The notes beneath the pieces were generated by a model. It did not search any database and was not told the origin of the DNA. It saw only the letters and a list, made by a program, of their open reading frames with translations. A stretch of DNA of 41,805 nt from an uncultured Oscillospiraceae bacterium (lineage in GTDB: Bacteria > Bacillota > Clostridia > Saccharofermentanales > UBA5734). Position 1 is the stretch's first letter; every line of letters begins with the position of its first letter. Below are positions 25,328 through 33,093 of this stretch, piece after piece. Location: contig CAZOMW010000001.1 of the NCBI GenBank assembly GCA_964581135.1, positions 1 to 41,805 of the forward strand. The letters run 5' to 3'. The translations under genes were made by a program, and so were the position numbers.

Positions 25328-27310
25328 ATGAACAGATCAAAAGAACTTGACCAACTGGCGATCAATTCCATCCGCATACTTTCAATGGATGCAGTCCAAA
25401 AAGCAAATTCAGGGCATCCCGGCACCCCGATCGGCGCCGCCCCCATGGCTTATACTCTATGGTCGGAGGTTATGAGACATAACCCCGGCAATCCCGACTG
25501 GCCGAACCGCGACCGTTTTGTACTTAGCGTCGGCCATGCTTCAATGCTGATTTATTCACTGCTGCATCTTTTTGATTACGGTCTCGAGCTTGAGGAAATC
25601 AAAAACTTCCGGCAATGGGGCAGCAAAACACCCGGACATCCCGAATTCGGTCATACCGTAGGCATTGAAACAACGACAGGGCCACTCGGCCAGGGCATTG
25701 CCACTGCCGTAGGCATGGCACTGGCAGAAGCACATAAAGCAGCCCGCTTTAACCGTCCCGGTTACCCGATTGTCGACCACTGGACTTATACCATGATGGG
25801 CGACGGCTGCATGATGGAAGGCGTAGCCAGTGAAGCCGCTTCTCTGGCGGGCACACTGAAGCTGGGCAAACTGATTGCCATTTATGACTCTAATCGCATC
25901 AGCATCGAGGGTGATACCGACCTGGCAATGACTGAAAACGTCGGTATGCGCTTTGAAGCCTATGGCTGGCAGGTACTTCGCGTTGAAGACGGCAATGATA
26001 CCGCAGCGGTTAAAAAGGCTTTGGAAGAAGCAAAAGCGGAGACCGGGAAGCCTTCGCTGGTCATTGTTAAAACCCAGATTGCTTACGGCACACCTCTGGC
26101 CGGCTCTGAAAAAACTCACGGTAACCCGTTAGGCGTGGAAAATATTGCCAAAACACGGGAATACTATAACTGGCCGCTCAGCGAAGCCTTTGCGGTACCG
26201 CAGGAAGTTTACGATTACATGGCAGAGCAGAAGGCTGCACTGGCTGAGTCTGAGAGCGAATGGAACAGACTTTTTGCCGAGTGGGAAGTAAAGTATCCCG
26301 AGCTGGCAGCCGCATATAGAAGCGAGCTGGCAGGTGAACTGCCGGATCTGGTTGCTGATCCCGATTTCTGGAATTTCAGCGGTGAGCTGGCACCCCGTAA
26401 AGCCAGCGAAATGATTCTTACGATGTTGGGAAACAAATTACCGAACTTTATCGGCGGCAGCGCCGACCTCGCACATTCCAACTACTCTGAGATGCAGGGT
26501 ATCGACTGGTTGAGCCCGGAAAATTACGCTGGCCGCAACATCCATTTCGGCGTGCGTGAATTCGCGATGGCGGATATAGTCAACGGCCTGATACTGCACG
26601 GCGGCTTGTTTGCCTACGGCGCGACTTTCCTTGTCTTCAGTGATTACCAGAAGGCTGCTATTCGTCTGGCGGCGATCATGAATCTGCCGTCAATTTTTGT
26701 CCTGACCCACGATAGTATCGGAGTCGGCGAAGACGGTCCCACCCATGAACCGATTGAGCACCTGACTGCTTTGCGGGCCACACCTAACGTCACTGTCTGG
26801 CGTCCGGCCGATGGTAAAGAAACGGCTGCCGGCTATATTCAGGCGCTTTCCCGCAAAGGCCCTACAGCTATGGCGCTTGCCAAGCAAAACCTGTCGACAC
26901 TGGACGAAAGCGGGCCGATTGCAATGCGGGGCGGCTATATCCTCAAGGATTCCGAAAATCCGCAGGCGATCATAATTGCTACCGGCTCCGAAGTTGAAAT
27001 CGCGGTTCAGGCTTATGAGCAACTCAAGGAACGCAATATTCATGTTCGCGTTGTATCAATGCCTTCAACAGAAGTTTTTGAAGAGCAGGATGAAGAATAC
27101 AAGGCTAAGGTTCTGCCCGCTGCAATTAAAGCCCGTGTAGCTGTTGAAGCAGGCGCGACAATGCCCTGGTGCCGCTATGTCGGCCTTGACGGTGAAGTTA
27201 TCGGGATTGACCACTTCGGCGCTTCAGCTCCTGCACCGGTGCTGTTCCGCGAATTCGGCTTCACACCCGAAAATGTAGTGGCCGCTGTCGAGCGCGTAAT
27301 CGCCAGATAA
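25328..27310 (+). CDS. tkt: Transketolase (full-length, single polypeptide)
   Basis: [13 protein letters not shown] and GDGCMMEG (ThDP motif), with a conserved middle Pyr domain and C-terminal domain. The start is moved to ATG 25328 because GGAGGG lies upstream. Confidence 0.95.
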   Translation: MNRSKELDQLAINSIRILSMDAVQKANSGHPGTPIGAAPMAYTLWSEVMRHNPGNPDWPNRDRFVLSVGHASMLIYSLLHLFDYGLELEEIKNFRQWGSKTPGHPEFGHTVGIETTTGPLGQGIATAVGMALAEAHKAARFNRPGYPIVDHWTYTMMGDGCMMEGVASEAASLAGTLKLGKLIAIYDSNRISIEGDTDLAMTENVGMRFEAYGWQVLRVEDGNDTAAVKKALEEAKAETGKPSLVIVKTQIAYGTPLAGSEKTHGNPLGVENIAKTREYYNWPLSEAFAVPQEVYDYMAEQKAALAESESEWNRLFAEWEVKYPELAAAYRSELAGELPDLVADPDFWNFSGELAPRKASEMILTMLGNKLPNFIGGSADLAHSNYSEMQGIDWLSPENYAGRNIHFGVREFAMADIVNGLILHGGLFAYGATFLVFSDYQKAAIRLAAIMNLPSIFVLTHDSIGVGEDGPTHEPIEHLTALRATPNVTVWRPADGKETAAGYIQALSRKGPTAMALAKQNLSTLDESGPIAMRGGYILKDSENPQAIIIATGSEVEIAVQAYEQLKERNIHVRVVSMPSTEVFEEQDEEYKAKVLPAAIKARVAVEAGATMPWCRYVGLDGEVIGIDHFGASAPAPVLFREFGFTPENVVAAVERVIAR

Positions 27311-27445
27311 AGACGGTCAGTATATGCTGACTATCAGGAATAAAACTTTTTCCGGTCGCAGTTAAGCCCGTTAATTTTAGTTTCGCCAGCCTCGTTTCGA
27401 CAGAAGCGCAGGCTGGCAAACTGTTTAAAATTGAGGAGGAAAAGC

Positions 27446-28189
27446 ATGGTAGAAAAAAGAGTCGCAATTGTAACAGGTGCCGGTAAAGGCATTGGCCGAG
27501 CCATAGCAGTAGCTCTGGCAAAAGATGGTGTGCTGCCGCTGATTTTTGATATTGATCCGGCAACCGGGGCTGAGGCTGTTAAGGAAGTCGAATCTGCGGG
27601 CGGCGAATCACAATTTTTCAAGGTAGATGTAAGTAATGTTGCCAATATTGAAGCAGCAGTCGCAGAAGTCGAAAGAACATACGGTCGGATTGATATTCTG
27701 GTCAATAACGCTGGAATTCTCAGCACTGCCTGGCCTGATAATATCACCGAAACTGAATGGGATAAAGTGATGGATATAAACCTCAAGGGTGTTATTTTCA
27801 TGCTCAAATATTCCCTGCCGGCGATACTTCGCAGCCCGGCAGGACGCGTTATCAGCGTTTCATCCAATGCCGGCCGTGGCGGCGGCATTAGTTCGGGCAT
27901 TGCTTATTCCGCTTCCAAAGCTGCAATCCTTGGGGTTATGCGCAGCCTGGCACGTAAATATGCCTCAACCGGAACCACCTTCAATGTAGTAGCGCCAGGC
28001 CCTACCAGCAGTGATATCGTCAAGGGCTATACAGCAGAAGAATACGCTAAAGTTACCGCCTCCATCCCGGTCGGCCGCTTTGGCACACCGGCTGAAATCG
28101 CCTCGGCTGTTGTTTATTTCGCCTCTGAGGCAGCAGGATTTGCCACCGGCGCAACGCTTGACATTAACGGCGGTATATACATTGGTTGA
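27446..28189 (+). CDS. SDR-family oxidoreductase, FabG-like
   Basis: VTGAGKGIGRAIA, NNAG, S...YSASK and a PG motif. ATG 27446 has GAGGAGGA upstream. Confidence 0.9.
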   Translation: MVEKRVAIVTGAGKGIGRAIAVALAKDGVLPLIFDIDPATGAEAVKEVESAGGESQFFKVDVSNVANIEAAVAEVERTYGRIDILVNNAGILSTAWPDNITETEWDKVMDINLKGVIFMLKYSLPAILRSPAGRVISVSSNAGRGGGISSGIAYSASKAAILGVMRSLARKYASTGTTFNVVAPGPTSSDIVKGYTAEEYAKVTASIPVGRFGTPAEIASAVVYFASEAAGFATGATLDINGGIYIG

Positions 28190-28216
28190 TCTCGCCGGAA
28201 TGCAACGTTTGTGTGC

Positions 28217-28245
28217 TTGACAACAGCAGAGATTGAAAGTAATAT
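28217..28245 (+). promoter_or_regulatory. Sigma-A-type promoter of the 28379 operon
   Basis: TTGACA (28217-28222), a 17-nt spacer, then TAATAT (28240-28245). Confidence 0.55.
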
Positions 28246-28249
28246 ATAG

Positions 28250-28261
28250 TTGTATATACAA
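28250..28261. promoter_or_regulatory. Perfect 12-bp palindrome TTGTATATACAA, candidate GntR/HutC-type operator
   Basis: It starts 5 nt after the -10 box and fits the generic GntR-family GT-N-TA-N-AC dyad. A GntR/HutC regulator is the last gene of this operon. Confidence 0.55.
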
Positions 28262-28378
28262 GTACAACATAGTTGACGCGTAAAAGTAATTTTTCAGCAG
28301 TTAAAAAGTCACACACAGTCAAGACAACACGTTAATACAACATGGTCGACTGAAAACGTTGCCACTAAGGAGGATACT

Positions 28379-29725
28379 ATGCTTCATGTCAATTATCGCT
28401 CGATCGGCGAAGGCAATCTGGGAATCAGCTATACCCTTGCAGGCCTCGACAAACCGGCTGTCAAGGGTGATGAGGATTTCGTCAACCGGATTGAGAATCT
28501 GGATATTTCGGCCGCTGATTTCAAACAGCTCAACCGTGCCGTCAAAGCAATCGGGGTAACAGACCGGTTCCGTGACGTCATCGGCACTTTCAAAACCCCG
28601 GCAGGAGAAACCCCGCCCGGCTTCCGGCTCGAAAGCACCCTGATGGCTGACGGACTGTTGTCGGTTGATCTGGTACGTGATATCGGCTTCGACAAAAACG
28701 GCGTTAAACGACCGACTCAGGTTATATTTTCGGCTGATTCGGCCAACCCCTATGAAATTGCGCCGATTGCCAGGCTGCTTGGCAACCTGACCTGCAATCC
28801 CGGCATAGTTTACGATCTGTTTATCAATAATCCCAAGGCTAATATCGACCATCGCTTCAATACGATGGAAGAAGTAATGACCGAAATCGGCAATATTCTT
28901 GGCCCCGGCTGTGATATCAGTGTCGAAATCGAAGATCCTTTTGAAGAGGATTTTGATAAGATCGTGGAGGAAATCGAAAAGTACCGCGAGATTCTCTCCG
29001 ATTACCGCCTGGTCGTCAAGGTGCCCCATACCGGTCCGGTAAATAATGATAATGTCAAAGAACTGCTTGAAGGCGACCGTACCTTCAGTAAGCGTTATGA
29101 TGAGCCAGCCACAGTTGATGCTCTGCGCGGCCATAATCTGGCGCTGCGTCTGCGCGAGCATGGCTACCGGGTTAATTATACTTTGATGTTTGATCCTTAT
29201 CAGACTAACCTTGCTCTGCAGGCCAAGCCTTATTACATCAACAGTTTTGTCCGCCACCGCAAAATGCAAAGTGAAATGATCAAAAAAATGGTTGATTTCT
29301 TCAAACTGACTGGTGAGCAAAAGTATCTGGAGGACCTGCGCGCCTACATGATCAAGACCGATTACCTTGCAAACGGCGACACCGGTTATGATTTATTCGC
29401 AGTATTGAAGAAGGCTGAAGATCTGCTGGCTTACCGCCGCTATGATTCACCGGAGGGAAGCGATGGTCTTGATTCCGTGCGTCACAATCTGCGTCTGCTC
29501 AGACAGTGCAACCTGCCTGATACCCGCCTGATCATCTGCAGCATGGAAGGATCCTACAATTATCCGGACATTGATAAGCTGATCACCGAACCCGAATTCG
29601 CTGATATGCTCGACCGACTGATAATCACTGCCGAGCCCGGTTATCTGGCGCGATTCACCTCATCGAATCAGGTTGTATCCTATCAGCGTCGGTTTATGAA
29701 CGCTGCTGCAACTGCAAAAAAATAA
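28379..29725 (+). CDS. Atypical, enlarged transaldolase/fructose-6-P-aldolase-fold (class I, Schiff-base) enzyme of unknown specificity
   Basis: Strong RBS (AAGGAGGA, 6 nt spacer). By-eye alignment to the TAL/FSA motifs gives FSADSAN ~ (L)DT(A/S)D, LTCNPG ~ VTTNPS, VVKVPHT ~ VVKVPVT (Schiff-base Lys), NYTLMF ~ N(V/C)TLLF, INSFVRH ~ (V/I)SPFVGR, LIICSMEG ~ ILAASFRN and IITAEP ~ ITL/ISP. The protein is 448 aa against about 220-320 aa for known TAL/FSA enzymes. Confidence 0.72.
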   Translation: MLHVNYRSIGEGNLGISYTLAGLDKPAVKGDEDFVNRIENLDISAADFKQLNRAVKAIGVTDRFRDVIGTFKTPAGETPPGFRLESTLMADGLLSVDLVRDIGFDKNGVKRPTQVIFSADSANPYEIAPIARLLGNLTCNPGIVYDLFINNPKANIDHRFNTMEEVMTEIGNILGPGCDISVEIEDPFEEDFDKIVEEIEKYREILSDYRLVVKVPHTGPVNNDNVKELLEGDRTFSKRYDEPATVDALRGHNLALRLREHGYRVNYTLMFDPYQTNLALQAKPYYINSFVRHRKMQSEMIKKMVDFFKLTGEQKYLEDLRAYMIKTDYLANGDTGYDLFAVLKKAEDLLAYRRYDSPEGSDGLDSVRHNLRLLRQCNLPDTRLIICSMEGSYNYPDIDKLITEPEFADMLDRLIITAEPGYLARFTSSNQVVSYQRRFMNAAATAKK

Positions 29726-29754
29726 TTAAAAATCCAGAGGCTTGGAGGCTGAAA

Positions 29755-30642
29755 ATGGACAAGAAACTTATGGGCGTATTCGCGCCGATCACAACCCCGT
29801 TTACTGCTGATGAAAAGGTTGACTTCGCAGGCTTAAAAAAGAACATGGAATTTTACGCCAAGTCCCGTTTACAGGGATACCTGGCACTTGGTTCCAATGG
29901 CGAAAACAAGAGCCTGACCAATGATGAAAAGATTGAAGTTCTGCGGATCATCATTGAAAACAAACATCCTGACCAGACAGTCATGGCCGGCTGTATTTTC
30001 GAATCTACTTTCGAAACCATTGAGTTTGCCCTCAAATTCGCTGAAATGGGTGCAGATTATCTGACCCTGCTGCCACCGTCTTACTTCAAAAAACAAATGA
30101 CAGATGATGTTCTGATTCGCTACTTCACCTCAGTCGCAGACGCTGTTGACAAGCCCTGTCTTATCTACAACGCTCCGCAGTTCTGCGCCGGAACAACACT
30201 CTCGGTCAATCTGATCAAGACGGTTGCCGATCATCCCAACATTGTCGGTGTCAAGGATTCCTCCACCGGCAATATCGAAAAATACCTTTTCGCGGCGCGT
30301 GACAAGATGAGTGTTATGGCCGGCTCCGCCAATTTCTTTATGAATGCCCTGATTATGGGTGCCAGCGGCGGCATCCTCTCACTGGCAAACGCTTTCCCTG
30401 ATATCACCGCCGATCTATATGAACTGATTCAGGCTAAGGAGTGGGAAAAAGCATTCGCGCTCAACGAACGTATCTTCCAGATGAATTCTGCGGTTTCAGG
30501 TAAAGGCGGCGTCGCAGCTGTTAAATACGCTATGGACCTTGCCGGTCTGGCCGGTGGCAATCCGCGTTTGCCTTTGCTGCCTCTCGCCGAAGAAGCAAAG
30601 CAGACTATTTCCGGCTATCTCAAAAAAGACGGCATAATTTAA
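29755..30642 (+). CDS. DHDPS/N-acetylneuraminate-lyase-family class I aldolase (2-keto-3-deoxy-acid aldolase-like)
   Basis: LGSNGENKSLTNDEK (GxxGE motif), YNAPQF (catalytic Tyr context) and VGVKDSS (Schiff-base Lys). 295 aa, RBS GGAGG. Confidence 0.9.
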   Translation: MDKKLMGVFAPITTPFTADEKVDFAGLKKNMEFYAKSRLQGYLALGSNGENKSLTNDEKIEVLRIIIENKHPDQTVMAGCIFESTFETIEFALKFAEMGADYLTLLPPSYFKKQMTDDVLIRYFTSVADAVDKPCLIYNAPQFCAGTTLSVNLIKTVADHPNIVGVKDSSTGNIEKYLFAARDKMSVMAGSANFFMNALIMGASGGILSLANAFPDITADLYELIQAKEWEKAFALNERIFQMNSAVSGKGGVAAVKYAMDLAGLAGGNPRLPLLPLAEEAKQTISGYLKKDGII

Positions 30643-30699
30643 GCTGCATCAGCCGCTGAACGTTGACTTTTTTCAGATCTTGCAAACAAGAAACATATA

Positions 30700-30731
30700 A
30701 GGAACCGGGTGCTTCGCGGCATCCGGTTCCT
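30700..30731 (+). terminator. 13-bp GC-rich hairpin without U-tract between the aldolase gene and gntR
   Basis: aggaaccgggtgc-ttcgcg-gcatccggttcct, with one G-U pair. It is followed by ggcctgaaatg (no T-run). Confidence 0.4.
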
Positions 30732-30778
30732 GGCCTGAAATGAAGAACCCGCGGTACACAAAGTGAGTGAGAATAAAC

Positions 30779-31513
30779 ATGCTTAACAGAAACAGTCCTA
30801 TCCCTCTGCACCAGCAGCTGGAAGATATAATAAAAGCTAAAATTTATAATGACGAGTGGAAACCTGACAGCCAGATTCCTTCCGAAAATGAGTTGAGCAA
30901 AACCTACGGACTCAGCAGAATGACAGCCCGTAACGTTATTCTGCGGCTTGTTTTTGAAGGCCTGTTATATCGCGTTGCCGGTAAGGGCACTTTTGTTGCG
31001 GCACCCAAAATAACAAATAAACCATTGCTGCAATTGGGTATTCAGGAACAGCTTGATCAGATGGGGATCGAAAGTGAAACCAGGCTGATTGATATCAACA
31101 AAATAAAAGCACCGCCACGTGTGCAAAAGGAACTGGCGTTAGCAGCCGATTCTACAGTTTTCAATGTCGAACGTCTGCGCTCGATAAAGGGTGATCCTCT
31201 AAGCATCCATATTTCCTACATACCAGTTGAACTGGCGGCAAAACTGGAGCAGGAAAAAAGCTTTGAAGAAAAACAGTTATGCGACATCCTTGAGGAAAAC
31301 TATCAGCTTAGCACCAGCAGGGTAGTAGAGACACTTGAAACTTCTCAGGCAACAGCGCGGGAAGCCGAGCTGCTGGGGGTTAAGCCGGGGTTCACTCTTT
31401 TGCGCCTGGAAAGCACGGAGTATGATGCTGATGACATGCCTTTTGTTTATAACCGGGTTACTTTCCGCGGCGACAAGATAAAAATAAAACTGGAATTCAA
31501 CCGCAAGGAATGA
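30779..31513 (+). CDS. GntR-family transcriptional regulator, HutC subfamily (wHTH + UTRA)
   Basis: IPSENELSKTYGLSRMTARNVILRLVFEGLLYRVAGKGTFV, followed by a UTRA-like C-domain. ATG 30779 is preferred over the track GTG 30767, though the RBS is weak for either. Confidence 0.88.
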   Translation: MLNRNSPIPLHQQLEDIIKAKIYNDEWKPDSQIPSENELSKTYGLSRMTARNVILRLVFEGLLYRVAGKGTFVAAPKITNKPLLQLGIQEQLDQMGIESETRLIDINKIKAPPRVQKELALAADSTVFNVERLRSIKGDPLSIHISYIPVELAAKLEQEKSFEEKQLCDILEENYQLSTSRVVETLETSQATAREAELLGVKPGFTLLRLESTEYDADDMPFVYNRVTFRGDKIKIKLEFNRKE

Positions 31514-31518
31514 CCTGG

Positions 31519-32763
31519 TTAAAATCTACGCCGACCGAATTCCAAAGCCTCGATGGTTTTTAAATATGGGAACCTGTTATTCAGCGCCAGGGCGGCTGCT
31601 CCGATGGCACCGATACTCGCATCATATTCTGAACAGATCAGCTGCAGATTACGGGCGTTGGTCTGGTAAGCCATTCGATCCAGGCGCTCCTGTAAAGCTT
31701 TCAACAGCAGATCAGAAGCGCGGGTCAGTTCACCGAAGAAAATAACCTTAGTTGGATTAAGAATATTAACAACACCGGTTAATCCGAAAGCCAGATAATC
31801 GCAAATTTCATCAAACAACAGAAGTGAATCCTTGTGACCGGCAACAACTGAATCCGCAAAGCTGCTGATTGTGATCCTGGCAGGATCCCGGCCCACCATG
31901 TCAAACAGTTTCTGATAACGATTGCCTTTTACACCTTCCCGCAGAATATTCATAATACCCTCGTCAGAAGCCAGAGTATCTATGCAGCCGTAACGGCCGC
32001 AGCTACAAGTGCGTCTGTTGCCGGGCACAGGTATATGACCGATTTCGCCGGCGGAATTGTTGCGGCCCCGTATCAATTGCCCATTGATGAAGCAGCTGAT
32101 ATGGACACTTTTACGGATTGAAAACAAAACAAAATCATCATCCTGATGTTCGGCATCAAGAGTCTTAATAGCCAAAGCGATGGTATTAATGTTGTGATCA
32201 ATGTATACAGGCAGGCTGAAGTTTCTCTCGATTGCCAACTTAACCGGCAGCTCCTGCAACAGATTGAAATCTGTATAGACAGGCTCGGCCGAGTTGTTGA
32301 AATCTATCAGGCCGGGCGAGCCGACTCCGATCCCCAGTACGCGTTTACCGGTATTAACCAAAGGCAGATAAAGTTCATTCAGCAGTTCAACTATTTCTTT
32401 AGTAAGCAAAGCCTGGCTCATGATTTCGTGTTTCAGCTCCCTGGTGAGTGAAGCTGTTTTTTCGCCTTTGAGGTTGATTACAGCGCCGGAAATGGAAAGC
32501 AAATTGAACTCTACACCAATAAAAAAGCCGCCTTCAGGATTAAGGATGAAGTATTCCGGTCGGCGGCCGCCATGTGACATTCCTTTACCATCGGAGACAA
32601 TATATTTGTCGGCCAGCAGCTCATCGATAGCGGTCAGAATTGTAGTCATACTGTAACGGGTTGTTTTTTGAAGCTGAAATTTAGAAGCTTTACCTTCACT
32701 GCGGATAATATTCAGAAGTGTATTGCGCGTATTTATTTTGCGCCACTCACCCATAGAGATCAT
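31519..32763 (-). CDS. ROK-family transcriptional regulator (N-terminal wHTH + ROK sugar-sensor domain)
   Basis: N-terminal NTRNTLLNIIRSEGKASKFQLQKTTRYSMTTILTAIDELLADKYI, the ROK glycine motif GIGVGSPGLID and the zinc motif CSCGRYGCIDTLAS. Confidence 0.88.
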   Translation of the reverse strand: MISMGEWRKINTRNTLLNIIRSEGKASKFQLQKTTRYSMTTILTAIDELLADKYIVSDGKGMSHGGRRPEYFILNPEGGFFIGVEFNLLSISGAVINLKGEKTASLTRELKHEIMSQALLTKEIVELLNELYLPLVNTGKRVLGIGVGSPGLIDFNNSAEPVYTDFNLLQELPVKLAIERNFSLPVYIDHNINTIALAIKTLDAEHQDDDFVLFSIRKSVHISCFINGQLIRGRNNSAGEIGHIPVPGNRRTCSCGRYGCIDTLASDEGIMNILREGVKGNRYQKLFDMVGRDPARITISSFADSVVAGHKDSLLLFDEICDYLAFGLTGVVNILNPTKVIFFGELTRASDLLLKALQERLDRMAYQTNARNLQLICSEYDASIGAIGAAALALNNRFPYLKTIEALEFGRRRF

Positions 32764-32838
32764 AAGCGTTCTTCCCTTCAGAATATCCTTCTATATTTGC
32801 AACTAATATAACAAATATAAGACAAAATGTATACGTAA

Positions 32839-32858
32839 TTAGAATAAATAGTTTCTAA
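32839..32858. promoter_or_regulatory. Inverted repeat TTAGAA-N8-TTCTAA in the ROK/ABC divergent intergenic region
   Basis: Perfect 6-bp arms in an AT-rich context. A regulatory role is only a guess. Confidence 0.25.
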
Positions 32859-32952
32859 ATTGTGCAAAATGCCAGTATTGGATCGTGAAATTTAATGATG
32901 TTTCCCTGACAAAGCTACAGGCAAATCCCCCGGACACGCGTATCAACGGTAA

Positions 32953-32981
32953 TTGACAGTCATGAAATGAAAGCCTAACAT
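32953..32981 (+). promoter_or_regulatory. Candidate promoter of the ABC exporter operon
   Basis: TTGACA (32953-32958), a 17-nt spacer, then TAACAT (32976-32981). Confidence 0.4.
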
Positions 32982-33093
32982 TAATGAGCGTGTCTCTAGT
33001 AAAACCTGTATTCAGCTCTTACATAGAGCAGGGTACATTGTTGTGCAGACTATAAATATTCTAATAAGAACGCCGGTCAGAGGTAAAAAACCA

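Noticed and set aside
27385-27417. 8-bp stem / 17-nt loop hairpin after tkt, considered as a terminator
   Set aside because: The stem is short, the loop is large, and there is no U-tract on either strand. That is too weak to call. tkt and the SDR gene may or may not be co-transcribed.
28319-29320. 333-codon ORF on the minus strand, antisense to the TAL-fold gene
   Set aside because: It has no RBS and an odd composition rich in I, F and D, with no recognisable motifs. It is fully contained in the plus-strand gene, which has a strong RBS, a promoter/operator and ordered TAL motifs. I treat it as a shadow ORF.
5423-32763. Horizontal-transfer island status for the two accessory metabolic regions
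   Set aside because: There are no integrase, transposase, tRNA or flanking direct repeats, and no obvious compositional break by eye. I cannot support a mobile-element call without computing GC and codon statistics.
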